Source of the DNA: Thermodesulfobacteriota bacterium
Lineage (GTDB): Bacteria; Desulfobacterota; Desulfobacteria; Desulfobacterales; C00003060
Direction: 5' to 3'
Length of the DNA stretch: 64,000 bases
Assembly (NCBI GenBank): GCA_034189385.1
Contig: JAXHVD010000010.1
Coordinates: forward strand, 32,001-96,000
In this document: piece after piece, positions 1 through 10,540 of the stretch
Position numbering within the stretch: position 1 is the stretch's first letter
Layout of the letters: the number at the start of each line of letters is the position of its first letter
Made by a program: the position numbers and the translations under genes
The notes under the pieces: generated by a model
What the model saw: the letters and a program-made list of their open reading frames with translations, nothing else
Databases searched by the model: none
Told to the model about the DNA's origin: nothing

Positions 1-1113
1 GTCCAGCCCAACAGAGCACACACTGGTCATGGCCTCAAGTTTTTCCAATGACAAGAACCCCAGGCGGGCGGCCTCCGAGATATTGATGTCTTCGCTCACA
101 GGAATAAAGGCCCCACTCAATCCTCCCACATAAGAACTGGCAAAGGCCCCGCCTTTTTTCACCGCGTCATTGAGAAGGGCCAAGACGGCAGTGGAACCGG
201 GAACGCCGATGCTCACCAGCCCCAGACTTTGAAAGATTTCTCCCACGCTGTCTCCCACATTGGGTGTAGGGGCCAAAGAGAGGTCGGCCACGCCAAAGGG
301 GACGTCCAGCTGCTCGGCCACTTCCCTCCCGATCAGTTCTCCTACACGGGTCACCTTAAAGGCGGTCCTCTTGATGATCTCCGATATTTGTCCCAGTGTG
401 AGGGACGGATTGGCCTCCCGTGCCCGGTCAATGGCCTTTCTCACAACCCCGGGCCCGCTGACGCCCACATTAATCACGGCCCCGGGCTCCCCAACGCCGA
501 GATAGGCCCCGGCCATGAAAGGGATGTCTTGGGGGATGTTGGCGAAAACGCATAGCTTGGCGCAGGCGAGGCCGTCCGATTCGGCTGAATGTTCTGCTGC
601 CGTCTTTATGGCTTTGCCCATGAGATAGACAGCGTCCATATTGATACCGGCCCGGGTGGAAGCCACGTTTACAGAGGCACAGACCCGTTCGGTCTCGGAC
701 AATGCCTGGGGGATGGCTTCAATCAGGGCCAAATCACTCTTGGCGAATCCCTTCTCCACCAGGGCGCTGAACCCACCGATAAAGTCCACACTCACCTCCC
801 GAGCAGACCTGTCCAGGGTTTTGGCAATGCTTACCAGCTGTGCCGACGAAAAGGGGGCCGCGGCTACGGCAATGGGGCTTACGGAGATTCTCTTGTTCAC
901 CACGGGAATGCCATACTTGTCGCCTACGTCATCGCAAATCTGCACCAAGTCCCTGCCCAGTCCACAGATCTTGTCTTGGATCTTTTTCCTAAAAGAGTCC
1001 TCGTCATGGCTGGCGCAATCCAGAAGACTGATCCCCAGCGTGACGGTGCGCACGTCGAGGTGTTCATTTCTTAACATTTCCAAGGTAGAGAGTACTTCCC
1101 TGTCAGTTAGCAT
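1..1113 (-). CDS. UPF0210/DUF711 (PFL-like) family protein, runs off the window edge
   Basis: Not in the ORF track (no stop in window). Manual translation from ATG 1113: MLTDREVLSTLEMLRNEHLDVRTVTLGISL...GIPVVNKRISVSP...PFMAGAYLGVGE...VINVGVSGPGVV...LEKLEAMTSVCSVGLD, the typical motifs of this family. It follows an ACT-domain gene, the usual pairing. Confidence 0.9.
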   Translation of the reverse strand, partial: MLTDREVLSTLEMLRNEHLDVRTVTLGISLLDCASHDEDSFRKKIQDKICGLGRDLVQICDDVGDKYGIPVVNKRISVSPIAVAAAPFSSAQLVSIAKTLDRSAREVSVDFIGGFSALVEKGFAKSDLALIEAIPQALSETERVCASVNVASTRAGINMDAVYLMGKAIKTAAEHSAESDGLACAKLCVFANIPQDIPFMAGAYLGVGEPGAVINVGVSGPGVVRKAIDRAREANPSLTLGQISEIIKRTAFKVTRVGELIGREVAEQLDVPFGVADLSLAPTPNVGDSVGEIFQSLGLVSIGVPGSTAVLALLNDAVKKGGAFASSYVGGLSGAFIPVSEDINISEAARLGFLSLEKLEAMTSVCSVGLD

Positions 1114-1156
1114 GACAATTCCTCTTCATAATAAGGGTTCTCTGGGAGTTTATCGA

Positions 1157-1711
1157 CTACACCCTGTGAATGGCCTCAAAAATATCGCGGTGTTGGAGAC
1201 TCAGGTCCAGTCCCAGCTCTGTGGCCCGCTGCCGAAGGGCCTCCCTGAAGGCCCTGTGGTCTATGTCCGTTGGGATATCCACCTCGTAGATCATGGTGTT
1301 CTGCGTTGGATCGTCTCCTCCGCGGAAGGCCGCCCTGAGGCTCGTGATGTTGCCTCCAAATCGGGCCATCACCTCGGTGATGCCGGAAACCAGGCCCAAG
1401 CGGTCCGGCCCCACGGTGGTCACCACAAAGGGCTCGCTGGCCCTTGGAGCATAGGGTTTGCCGGTGGTCTCAAGGGGCTTCACCATCACGTGAAGTCCGA
1501 GGGGGGTGAGGCCCTCTTCTAGTCGGCAGAGAAGGTCTTCCAGTTGAAGCCCCTCTGGAATGGAGACGATAAAAATGCTCGTAAACTCCGTCTGCAGCAC
1601 GGTCTGCGTCACATCTTCAATATTGCAGCTGTTCTCAAAGAGCACTTTAGAGGCCGTAGCCACAATGCCGGGGCGATCTGTTCCCAGTATAGAGATCACT
1701 ACCTTTGTCAT
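1157..1711 (-). CDS. Tandem ACT-domain protein (GcvR-like)
   Basis: Two ACT motifs (ISILGTDRPGIVA; VTTVGPDRLGLVSGIT). Start moved to MTKVVIS at ATG 1711. Confidence 0.85.
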   Translation of the reverse strand: MTKVVISILGTDRPGIVATASKVLFENSCNIEDVTQTVLQTEFTSIFIVSIPEGLQLEDLLCRLEEGLTPLGLHVMVKPLETTGKPYAPRASEPFVVTTVGPDRLGLVSGITEVMARFGGNITSLRAAFRGGDDPTQNTMIYEVDIPTDIDHRAFREALRQRATELGLDLSLQHRDIFEAIHRV

Positions 1712-1922
1712 AAACCATCTCCTCTCGGCTGGCAAGACGCTGCCAGAGTGCCAAAAGACGCTAGCGTCATCGCCCAGAAAAGTCAATATTGACAAGGGGG
1801 CACAGGTTTTTTTGCAATTTCATCATGACTCCAGGGGACACAAATGATAAAAGCAGGCCTGGTCCTGAACCGGACCACGGCCTCCTGCGCGTTGCCCGGA
1901 ATCGGCCTAAAGGCCCTTTGCT

Positions 1923-2789
1923 ATGTCTGAAGAACGCCCCAAAAAAGAGGAATCAACCCCTGACCGCTTCCGCGAAACCTTGCAGTTTTACTTGATTGAC
2001 TGCAAGACCGCCTTGGGCAAGCTCATCGATATTGTCATCATCTTTTTAAACCTGGTTGTCTGCGCCATTGTGGTCATTGAAACCTACCCTATTTCAGACG
2101 CCGCCAAGGCCTTCCTGTGGAAGGCAGAGGTACTGATAGTATTGTTCTTCATCGTTGAGTACGGAGCAAGGCTCTACGGCGCCAGGAGCAGACTGCAGCA
2201 ACTCAGGGACGTCTACAGCGTTATTGATCTCATAGCCATATTGCCCACCCTTTCTCTGCTCCTGCTTCCGGCCTTGGGCTTGACACAGCACATTGGCTTC
2301 ATCAAGGTGATCAGGGTGTTGAGGGTCTTCAGGATATTCAGGTTCCTGCGATTTACAGCAGACCCGGACTTCTTTTTTGGCAGTATTAACATGGGGCTTC
2401 TAAACGTGATCAGGCTCTTGATCACCATACTGATGATCTTCTTCATTTCTTCAGGGCTCTTCTTTCAGGTGGAAAGCAGCGTGAACCCAAACGTGCGCAC
2501 CTTTGGCGACGCCTTCTACTTCACCGTAGTGGCCCTCACCACCGTCGGCTTTGGAGACATTATCCCCCTTTCCGAGGCAGGCAAATGGGTCACCGTGATC
2601 ATGATCCTCTCAGGGATCATCCTCATCCCCTGGCAGATAAGCCGTATCATCAGGGAATGGATTCACATGGCCTCCAAGAAGGAGAGCGTCTGCCCTGGGT
2701 GCGGTCTCCGATTTCACGACAAGGATGCCTCCCACTGCAAGTCTTGCGGCCATATCATCTTTCAAGAGTACGACGGCGACGGCTACTAG
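1923..2789 (+). CDS. Voltage-gated K+ channel-type ion transporter with C-terminal zinc ribbon
   Basis: Multiple TM segments, S4-like RVLRVFRIFRFLRF, pore TTVGFGD, C-terminal CPGC...CKSC. Confidence 0.9.
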   Translation: MSEERPKKEESTPDRFRETLQFYLIDCKTALGKLIDIVIIFLNLVVCAIVVIETYPISDAAKAFLWKAEVLIVLFFIVEYGARLYGARSRLQQLRDVYSVIDLIAILPTLSLLLLPALGLTQHIGFIKVIRVLRVFRIFRFLRFTADPDFFFGSINMGLLNVIRLLITILMIFFISSGLFFQVESSVNPNVRTFGDAFYFTVVALTTVGFGDIIPLSEAGKWVTVIMILSGIILIPWQISRIIREWIHMASKKESVCPGCGLRFHDKDASHCKSCGHIIFQEYDGDGY

Positions 2790-5700
2790 ATGACCATGAC
2801 AACCACCCTTAGACTCTTTACCAGCAACCGGTTGGAGATTCTGGCTGAGGGATTGGCCGAGATCTTGAAGAGACCCCTTTCATCCCCCCTGGACCAGGAG
2901 ATTATTCTTGTCCAGAGCAAAGGCATGGAGCGCTGGGTGTGCGCTCAACTGGCCAAAGGCCATGGCATCTGCGCAAACTGCAGATTTCCCTTTCCCAATC
3001 GCTTTGTCTATGAAGTCTTTCAAAAGGTCTTTGAAGATCTTCCTAAATGGTCGCCTTTTGACCCAGCAATACTGACCTGGAAGGCCATGAAGCTCCTGCC
3101 GTCTTTGTTCACAAGACCAGGCTTTGAAAGTCTACGTCATTATCTCAAAGGCCCCAAAGAAGAGCTAAAGCGCTTTCAGCTTTGTGAGCGCATTGCAGAC
3201 ACCTTTGACCAGTACCTCCTTTTTCGTCCAGAGATGATTCTCCGATGGGGAGAAAGCAAAGAGGATCACTGGCAGGCTACACTTTGGAGGGCATTGGCAA
3301 AGGGCAATGAAGGCTGGCATCGGCCGGCATTGGCAAAGGCCTTTTTTGAAGCCCTAAAGACCCCTTCCTTCAGGCCAGGGGGTCTGCCCGAAAGGGTCTC
3401 CGTCTTCGGGATATCGGCCCTTCCTCGCTTTCACATGGAGGTCCTTGCCAGCATTTCACGATTTGTTCCGGTGAACCTCTTTCTATTGAATCCCTGCAAA
3501 GAGTACTGGGGAGATATTGTCTCTGACTGGGAGATAGGGCGGACCTTGACGAGAGAAGGGGCTGGAGATTCCAGCGCCGAAGCGCTCCATCTGGAAAAAG
3601 GAAACAGCCTTCTGGCATCCATGGGCAAACTGGGCAGGGATTTCTTCGACATGATACACGACTTTGACTGTGAAGAGATCTCCTCCTTTCAGGATCCTGG
3701 AGGGGGCAGCCTGTTGTCGTCTCTTCAGTCTGACATCCTCCATCTGCAGGAAAGCAGGGCCTCTACAAAAGACAAAAGGGCCATCTCTTGTAATGACATG
3801 TCCATCCAAATCCAGTCCTGTCACAGTCCTATGCGGGAGATAGAAGTCCTTCATGACCATCTGCTTCACATGTTTGAAAAGGATGCCAGCCTACGGCCAA
3901 AGGACGTGCTGGTCATGACGCCCGATATCGACACTTATGCCCCGTACATCCAGGCTGTGTTTGACGTCCAGGCCGATGACGGGAAGCGATTTCCTTACAG
4001 CGTTGCAGATAGAACCGCCAGGAAAGAGAGTAAGCTTGTCGATACCTTCCTTGGCATCCTAGGCCTCTTTGGGAGCCACTTTGGCGTCTCACAGGTCCTC
4101 TCCATTTTGGAGGCCCCGGCAGTACAGCGGAGATTCGGTCTCTTGGAGGTAGACCTTTCCCTTGTCCGCAGGTGGGTCACAGAGACCAGGATCAGATGGG
4201 GAGTGGACAGAGAGGGCCGGGCCCAGTTGGGCCTGCCCGCCCTCTCAGAGAATACCTGGAGGGCGGGCCTGGAAAGGCTGCTACTGGGCTATGCCATGGC
4301 CGGAGAAGGAAGGAGCATTTTTGAAGGTATCCTGCCCTATGATCGTGTGGAAGGCAATGGGGCCCTCATCTTGGGCAAACTTCTCCACTTTGCAGATGAG
4401 CTCTTTGCCTCCGTTCAATCCCTCAACGAACGGCGCACCTTGGAGCAGTGGTCCGAAATGCTCACGGGCCTCCTGGATCGATTTTTCTTACCCGAAGAAG
4501 ACGAAGAACATGAAGCGCAGGTCGTACGGCGCACCCTGAAAGAGCTGGGTGACCTGTCTGGGCCCGACAGGTCGGGTTTCGACGATACCGTGGATTTGTC
4601 AGTCATCAAGTGGTATCTGGCCAGTCGCCTGGAAAGGGAAGGCTTTGGCTTCGGCTTTATTGCCGGCGGCATCACCTTCTGTGCCATGTTGCCCATGAGG
4701 AGCATCCCTTTTAGGATCATCTGCCTTGTAGGGATGAATGGAGATGCCTATCCCAGGCAGTCAAAACCATTGGGGTTTGATTTAATGGCAAAACATCCCA
4801 AGCCAGGGGACCGCTCCCGCCGCAATGATGACAGGTATCTCTTCCTAGAAGCCTTGCTCTCGGCCAGAGAGAGGCTCTACATCAGTTATGTGGGACAAAG
4901 CATCAAGGACAACACCATCATCCCGCCCTCAGTCCTGGTGAGCGAAGTCATGGACTACATCGAGCAAGGCTTTCAGCTCAAGGGGCAAGACATGGCCGAT
5001 CACATCATTACCAGACACCGGCTACAGGCCTTCAGCCCAGCGTATTTCAAGGAAGATGAAAGGCTCTTTAGCTATTCCGAGGCAAACTGTCAGGCCGCCC
5101 AATCTCTTCTGCAACACCGTGAAGAGCCCCGGGCCTTTATCTCCAGAGGCCTTTCGGAGCCAGCTGAGGAGTGGGAAAGAGTTCAGTTGGATGATCTATG
5201 CAGTTTCTTTGGCAATCCAGCCAAGTTCCTCCTCAACAGGCGCCTTGGAATCTATCTTGATACAGCGGCCCCTGTACTTGAAGAACGAGAGTCCTTCCAA
5301 CTCAAGGGGCTTGAAAGGTATCTCCTGGAACAGGGCCTCCTGGAAAAAGGGTTTTCAGGAGGGGACCTCAGAGAACTGGGGCCCCTTATCATGGCCTCTG
5401 GCCAGCTTCCCCACGGGGTGGTGGGAGAATGCGTGTATGAGAAGATCACTCGCGGAGTCGAAAGGTTTCTCCGAAAAACAGAGCCTTACGTCCAAGGTCC
5501 CACTCTCAGGCCCCTTAAAGTAGATCTTGGGCTATCACGCTTCCGCCTCCTTGGAACCATTGGAGGCATCTACCCTGAAAGGGTTGTGCAGTACCGCTAT
5601 GCAAGGGTGAAGGCCAACGATCGTTTGAGATCGTGGATACATCACCTGGTCGTCAATCACCTTCAGGCAGATCATTATCCCAGGACCAGCATACTGGTGG

Positions 5701-6065
5701 GCCTGAGTCCCCAGACTTCAGACCGTAAATGGTCCGCCTGGGAGTATGGCCCTGTGCACAAAAGTGAAGAGATCCTTGTAGACCTACTGGAGACCTACTG
5801 GAAGGGATTAACAGCACCGCTCCATTTCTTACCCGAATCGTCGTGGGCATATGCCCACAGGCGCCTGCAAAAGAAGGCGGCCCCTGAAGAGGCTCTCCAT
5901 CGGGCCCGCAGCCTCTGGGTGGGAAACGATTACAGCCGCGGTGAGGGTGAGGACGCCTATTATCAGATTTGTTTTCGCACCACGGATCCTCTTGACACGG
6001 AATTTGAGCAGCGGGCAGAACAGATCTTTGGCCCCCTTTTGGCGCACCAGAGGGAAGAAAAGTAG
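2790..6065 (+). CDS. recC: Exodeoxyribonuclease V gamma subunit
   Basis: 1091 aa; SNRLEIL, ILVQSKGMERW, CHSPMREIEVLHD, PMRSIPFR, DRSRRNDDRYLFLEALLSAR, PPSVLVSE. Confidence 0.97.
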   Translation: MTMTTTLRLFTSNRLEILAEGLAEILKRPLSSPLDQEIILVQSKGMERWVCAQLAKGHGICANCRFPFPNRFVYEVFQKVFEDLPKWSPFDPAILTWKAMKLLPSLFTRPGFESLRHYLKGPKEELKRFQLCERIADTFDQYLLFRPEMILRWGESKEDHWQATLWRALAKGNEGWHRPALAKAFFEALKTPSFRPGGLPERVSVFGISALPRFHMEVLASISRFVPVNLFLLNPCKEYWGDIVSDWEIGRTLTREGAGDSSAEALHLEKGNSLLASMGKLGRDFFDMIHDFDCEEISSFQDPGGGSLLSSLQSDILHLQESRASTKDKRAISCNDMSIQIQSCHSPMREIEVLHDHLLHMFEKDASLRPKDVLVMTPDIDTYAPYIQAVFDVQADDGKRFPYSVADRTARKESKLVDTFLGILGLFGSHFGVSQVLSILEAPAVQRRFGLLEVDLSLVRRWVTETRIRWGVDREGRAQLGLPALSENTWRAGLERLLLGYAMAGEGRSIFEGILPYDRVEGNGALILGKLLHFADELFASVQSLNERRTLEQWSEMLTGLLDRFFLPEEDEEHEAQVVRRTLKELGDLSGPDRSGFDDTVDLSVIKWYLASRLEREGFGFGFIAGGITFCAMLPMRSIPFRIICLVGMNGDAYPRQSKPLGFDLMAKHPKPGDRSRRNDDRYLFLEALLSARERLYISYVGQSIKDNTIIPPSVLVSEVMDYIEQGFQLKGQDMADHIITRHRLQAFSPAYFKEDERLFSYSEANCQAAQSLLQHREEPRAFISRGLSEPAEEWERVQLDDLCSFFGNPAKFLLNRRLGIYLDTAAPVLEERESFQLKGLERYLLEQGLLEKGFSGGDLRELGPLIMASGQLPHGVVGECVYEKITRGVERFLRKTEPYVQGPTLRPLKVDLGLSRFRLLGTIGGIYPERVVQYRYARVKANDRLRSWIHHLVVNHLQADHYPRTSILVGLSPQTSDRKWSAWEYGPVHKSEEILVDLLETYWKGLTAPLHFLPESSWAYAHRRLQKKAAPEEALHRARSLWVGNDYSRGEGEDAYYQICFRTTDPLDTEFEQRAEQIFGPLLAHQREEK

Positions 6066-6102
6066 TCTATAAAAAAAGCAGCCTAATGCTATTGGACAAA
6101 AA

Positions 6103-9100
6103 ATGACAAGAGCCAAGGAATTTGATCTTCTAAATGCTCCCCTTGAGGGGACCAATCTGATTGAGGCCAGTGCAGGCACGGGAAAAACCTACGCCATTTC
6201 CGGTCTCTTTCTTAGACTGGTGCTGGAAAAGAATCTTTCCGTAAACGAGATACTGGTCGTCACCTTCACAGAGGCGGCCACAGAGGAGCTGAAAGACAGG
6301 ATCCGCACCAAGCTCAGGGAGGCGGCAGAAGCATTCGCAACAGGCCACGGCACAGACCCCTTTGTGGAGGCTCTGAGGACGAAGCACCCACATCGGCACA
6401 TGGCCTATGGACATCTTAGAGAGGCCCTCCGGGCCTTTGATCAAGCCTCCATCTACACCATACACAGTTTCTGCAGGAGGATGCTCTATGAGAATGCCTT
6501 TGAGAGCCGGTGCCTCTTTGATACGGAACTCGTGGCAGACCAGGAAGACCTTAAGAAAGAAGTGGTAGAGGATTTCTGGCGGAGGCATTTCTACGAAGCC
6601 TCCTCCCTTTTTGTCCATTATGCCATCTACCGAAAACTCAGCCCCAAGAGCCTCCTTTTACTCCTGGGCAATAAGATGGCGCAGCCGTATTTGAGGATCA
6701 TTCCTCAGCTCGAGCCTCCTGACTCGTCGCTCCAGCAAAAGGCCTTTCGAGAATCCTTTGAGAGGGTGTGCCAGGCATGGCAAAGGTGGAAGGCTGAAGT
6801 AGCGCAGATTCTAAGGGGCCACAAAGGGCTTAACAGGAATAAGTACAAGAAGACCCATGTTGCCATGCGGCTCCACAAGATGGAGGAGTACTTGGCCAGT
6901 GAAGGCAATGATCCAGTCTTGTTTCAGGGCTTTGAAAAATTCACGTCCAAAGAAATCCAGGGGGCAGCAAAAAAGAACAGTACCCCGCCATTCCATCCCT
7001 TCTTCGATCTCTGCCAAGACCTTATGGAAAAACAAGAAGCCTTGGAGATGGTCTTTGACCAGCGTCTCCTTTGGCTGAAGGCAGAACTGTTCCATTACGC
7101 CCACAGAGAGCTTTCAAGGAGAAAAGAGGAACAAAACGTTCAGTCATTTGATGATCTTTTGTTCAAACTCCACCGCGCCCTAGAGGAAAGGGGAGGGGAT
7201 GAACTGGCAAGGGCCTTGAGGAAAAAATTCAAGGCAGCCTTGATTGACGAATTTCAAGACACGGACCCCATCCAGTACGGCATTTTCAAGAAGGTTTTCC
7301 ATGCTGAAAAGAGCATCCTCTTTCTCATCGGCGATCCCAAACAGGCCATCTACGGCTTCCGGGGCGCTGACATCTTTGCCTACATGGCAGCAGCAGGAGA
7401 CGTGACGCGCCAATACACCCTTGTTGAGAACTGGCGGTCAGAAGCGGCTCTGGTAACTGCGGTAAATGCCGTCTTTTCCAGTGCTGATCAGCCCTTTTTG
7501 TATGACCGGATAGCATTTCAACCCACTTCGCCGGCAACAAGGCAAGAAACGGCGCCCCTTCAGTTGGACGACAAAGGGCAAGGGGCTTTTCAGTTCTGGT
7601 TCTTGACTGCCGATGACGAGACAGGCCCTCCAACACCTATAAGCAAGACACTGGCACGGACAGGCATTTCAAGGGCCGTGGCAGCAGAGATCTCGCGACT
7701 CTTGAGGCTTGGAAGAGATAAGAAGGCCCTCTTGGGAAAGAGACCCCTTGAGGAAGGTGACATGGCCGTCCTAGTCAGGAGGAATGCCGATGCGCTCCTC
7801 ATGCAGGAGGCCCTCTCTGCCCTGCACATCCCCAGCGTGTTGTGCACGACAGGGGACCTCTTTGGTTCCCATGAAGCCATGGAGATGGAGAGGCTTCTCT
7901 CAGCCATTGTGGAACCGAACAGCGACAGACGTCTCAGGGCCGCCCTGGCCACAGATATGATGGGTGTTGGAGGAGAGGGTTTGGAGGGTCTCATGGCCGA
8001 TGAGACGCGATGGGAGACGTGGGTCGTCAAATTTCATAGATATCATGACCTGTGGAATGAACAGGGTTTTATCCAGATGTTTCGACGTCTCCTCATGGAC
8101 GAGGAAGTCCTTGCCCGCCTCATGTCCTTTGACGACGGAGAACGTCGAAATACAAACTTGCTCCATCTTTCAGAGGTCCTACATGAGGCATCTGTGGGGA
8201 AAAAGCTAAGCAGTGCAGGGCTCTTAAAATGGCTCTCCGATCAAAGGGGTGAAGATACGGGGCCCACGGAAGAACACCAGCTGCGCCTGGAAACGGATGA
8301 AAAGGCCGTAAGACTTGTCACCATCCACAAGAGCAAAGGCCTTGAGTACCCCGTGGTCTTTTGCCCCTTTTTGTGGGACGGTTCCAGGGTTGGCCGATCC
8401 AAACAGCCCTTCACGTTCCACGACGAGGGCAACAACATGAAGCTCACCCTGGATCTTGGCTCTTCCGAGATGGATGGGCACCTTATCCTTGCGGAGAAGG
8501 AACAATTAGCTGAAAACCTAAGACTTTTCTATGTGGCCCTCACCAGGGCCAAGAACCGATGTTACGTCGTTTGGGGCCGTGTCAGGGACGCTGAGACCTC
8601 AGCCCCGGCGTATCTCCTTCACCAGCCAAGGCCATGCCCCAGGGAGAATCGAGTCAAGGCCATTGAGGAAAGGTTCAACGGCCTGAGCAATGCCTCTCTC
8701 CTTGCAGAGTTGGAGGCTCTTCAAACGAAGGCCCATGGGGCCATCAGCTTGCGTCCCATGCCTCTTGGGCAAGGAAAGGCCTTCTCTCCAAGGCCTTTTG
8801 GGGAGACAGTAGAACTGACGTGCCGCAGATTCTCGGGAACGATAGATCGCTCCTGGCAGATTTCAAGTTTTTCGTCTCTGGTCTCCGGGCATTCTAAGAG
8901 GGCAGACTGGGCAGACCGCGATCCATCGATTCCGGTCCATGGCCATGACCAGACGGCGATTGAGGCCCCTTCCCTCCAGGAGGAACCTTCAGGTATCTTT
9001 GCCTTCCCCAAGGGGACAAAAGCTGGAACCTGTATGCACCATATATTGGAGCACCTGGATTTTACCCAAGAAGACCCTGCTGAGATGAAGAGCTTGGTCA

Positions 9101-9735
9101 CAGACCACCTCAAAGAATTCGGCTTTGAGCCCACATGGTGCGAAACCCTTTGTACCATGCTTAAAAAGGTGCTTTCCACTCCCCTTGATCCTCTTCGAAA
9201 AAATTTTAAGCTCTCGCGCATTGGCAACAAAGAGCGGCTCAACGAGTTAGAGTTCTACTTCCCGTTACAGTCCATCTCGCCCCAGAAGCTAAGGAGTATC
9301 TTTCAGAAACACGGCCCCCCCGGGCTTCGAGAGGATTTCCCCGAGCATTTAGAGCAATTGCATTTTGCGCCTGTCACGGGGTTCATGAAGGGATTCATGG
9401 ATATGGTCTTTCAATTCCAGGACCGTTTCTTTCTTGTGGACTGGAAGTCCAATCTCCTGGGAACCAAGGTGCAAGACTACGACCAAGAGGCATTGGCTGC
9501 GGTGATGGAAGAGCAATTTTACATCCTTCAGTATCATCTCTATGCCCTTGCCCTGCATCAGTATTTGCGTCTCAGACTAGCCAATTACCGCTATGAAACA
9601 CATTTCGGCGGGGTCTATTACCTATTCCTGAGAGGTATTGACCCTGAAATGGGACCAGACTACGGCATCTACAGGGACAGGCCACGTGAAAAATTGATGG
9701 AGGCCTTGTGTTTAGACCTCCTCAAAACCCCTTGA
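6103..9735 (+). CDS. recB: Exodeoxyribonuclease V beta subunit
   Basis: 1210 aa; Walker A EASAGTGKT, LIDEFQDTD, IGDPKQAIYGFRGAD, TIHKSKGLE, YVALTRA; nuclease GFMD...VDWKSN...QYHLY. Confidence 0.97.
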   Translation: MTRAKEFDLLNAPLEGTNLIEASAGTGKTYAISGLFLRLVLEKNLSVNEILVVTFTEAATEELKDRIRTKLREAAEAFATGHGTDPFVEALRTKHPHRHMAYGHLREALRAFDQASIYTIHSFCRRMLYENAFESRCLFDTELVADQEDLKKEVVEDFWRRHFYEASSLFVHYAIYRKLSPKSLLLLLGNKMAQPYLRIIPQLEPPDSSLQQKAFRESFERVCQAWQRWKAEVAQILRGHKGLNRNKYKKTHVAMRLHKMEEYLASEGNDPVLFQGFEKFTSKEIQGAAKKNSTPPFHPFFDLCQDLMEKQEALEMVFDQRLLWLKAELFHYAHRELSRRKEEQNVQSFDDLLFKLHRALEERGGDELARALRKKFKAALIDEFQDTDPIQYGIFKKVFHAEKSILFLIGDPKQAIYGFRGADIFAYMAAAGDVTRQYTLVENWRSEAALVTAVNAVFSSADQPFLYDRIAFQPTSPATRQETAPLQLDDKGQGAFQFWFLTADDETGPPTPISKTLARTGISRAVAAEISRLLRLGRDKKALLGKRPLEEGDMAVLVRRNADALLMQEALSALHIPSVLCTTGDLFGSHEAMEMERLLSAIVEPNSDRRLRAALATDMMGVGGEGLEGLMADETRWETWVVKFHRYHDLWNEQGFIQMFRRLLMDEEVLARLMSFDDGERRNTNLLHLSEVLHEASVGKKLSSAGLLKWLSDQRGEDTGPTEEHQLRLETDEKAVRLVTIHKSKGLEYPVVFCPFLWDGSRVGRSKQPFTFHDEGNNMKLTLDLGSSEMDGHLILAEKEQLAENLRLFYVALTRAKNRCYVVWGRVRDAETSAPAYLLHQPRPCPRENRVKAIEERFNGLSNASLLAELEALQTKAHGAISLRPMPLGQGKAFSPRPFGETVELTCRRFSGTIDRSWQISSFSSLVSGHSKRADWADRDPSIPVHGHDQTAIEAPSLQEEPSGIFAFPKGTKAGTCMHHILEHLDFTQEDPAEMKSLVTDHLKEFGFEPTWCETLCTMLKKVLSTPLDPLRKNFKLSRIGNKERLNELEFYFPLQSISPQKLRSIFQKHGPPGLREDFPEHLEQLHFAPVTGFMKGFMDMVFQFQDRFFLVDWKSNLLGTKVQDYDQEALAAVMEEQFYILQYHLYALALHQYLRLRLANYRYETHFGGVYYLFLRGIDPEMGPDYGIYRDRPREKLMEALCLDLLKTP

Positions 9736-9915
9736 CGACTCCAGAGGATATAGATATGTTTTCACGACAATAGCCCTGTTCTGCACCCTTCGGACGCTCA
9801 GACTTACTGCCGTGGGGTCACTTTCCTCAACCTCTTTCTCTGTCAGGAGGGGGCGGGCCCTCTGGTTCGGTGTTCCTGTTGGATTTCCTAAGAACGGAAA
9901 AAGGGAGGAAGAGTC

Positions 9916-10212
9916 ATGCTGCGGAAAAACTATTCAAAATCACGTCGGTCGTGCAGGGTCACCTTTGACCTCCCCTCAGAAGTCAATGCAACCAAAGCCT
10001 CTCTGTGTGGTGATTTCAATCATTGGAGTCCGGCCTCACACCCCATGAGTCATCGAAAAGACGGCAGGTTCAGCACCACCATCTCCCTGGAAGCGGGCCA
10101 GACCTACAGGTTCAGGTATCTGCTGGACGGTGAGCGTTGGGAAAACGACTGGGCTGCCGACGGCTATGAGCCCAACACCTTTGGGTCTGAGAATTCGGTC
10201 ATCAAGCTCTAG
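9916..10212 (+). CDS. Isoamylase early-set (CBM48-like) glycogen-binding small protein
   Basis: LCGDFNHW, YRFRYLLDGERWENDWAAD, NTFGSENSVI; RBS GGAGGA upstream. Confidence 0.88.
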   Translation: MLRKNYSKSRRSCRVTFDLPSEVNATKASLCGDFNHWSPASHPMSHRKDGRFSTTISLEAGQTYRFRYLLDGERWENDWAADGYEPNTFGSENSVIKL

Positions 10213-10322
10213 CCCTGGTCCAGAGCCAAGGCTGAGGGTGAGACGTTGGCCTCTTGGGAGAGCAAAGGGGTGCCAGGGCTCCCTGTCTTCTTGAAAACCA
10301 GGAGACAAAGAAACAACGAGTC

Positions 10323-10484
10323 ATGGGCGGTAGGTTTGGCAAATACGGAGATGCAAAACGGAAGGCCTTGATCCGCAAGAATCGCCTCAGGCCTTCGGCC
10401 CCCTGCCAGAAGGTGAAAGGCAACCCTGTGAAGGGGCCCCGCAACAGGAAGGATCCCTCGGGAATCAAGGGCAAACCCTCCTGA
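10323..10484 (+). CDS. Possible small basic hypothetical protein (53 aa)
   Basis: MGGRFGKYGDAKRKALIRKNRLRP...; Lys/Arg-rich ORF filling an intergenic gap; RBS poorly spaced. Confidence 0.3.
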   Translation: MGGRFGKYGDAKRKALIRKNRLRPSAPCQKVKGNPVKGPRNRKDPSGIKGKPS

Positions 10485-10540
10485 GTCCCTCCGGTCTTCT
10501 CCCCGCTCTTTGTCCACTCATGGACCTGTTTACTCAAGGC

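Noticed and set aside
229..1522. Plus-strand ORFs such as 641-1522, and similar long antisense ORFs elsewhere (17346-18158, 56902-57957, 58800-59633)
   Set aside because: They are shadows of well-supported opposite-strand genes and carry no recognisable motifs.
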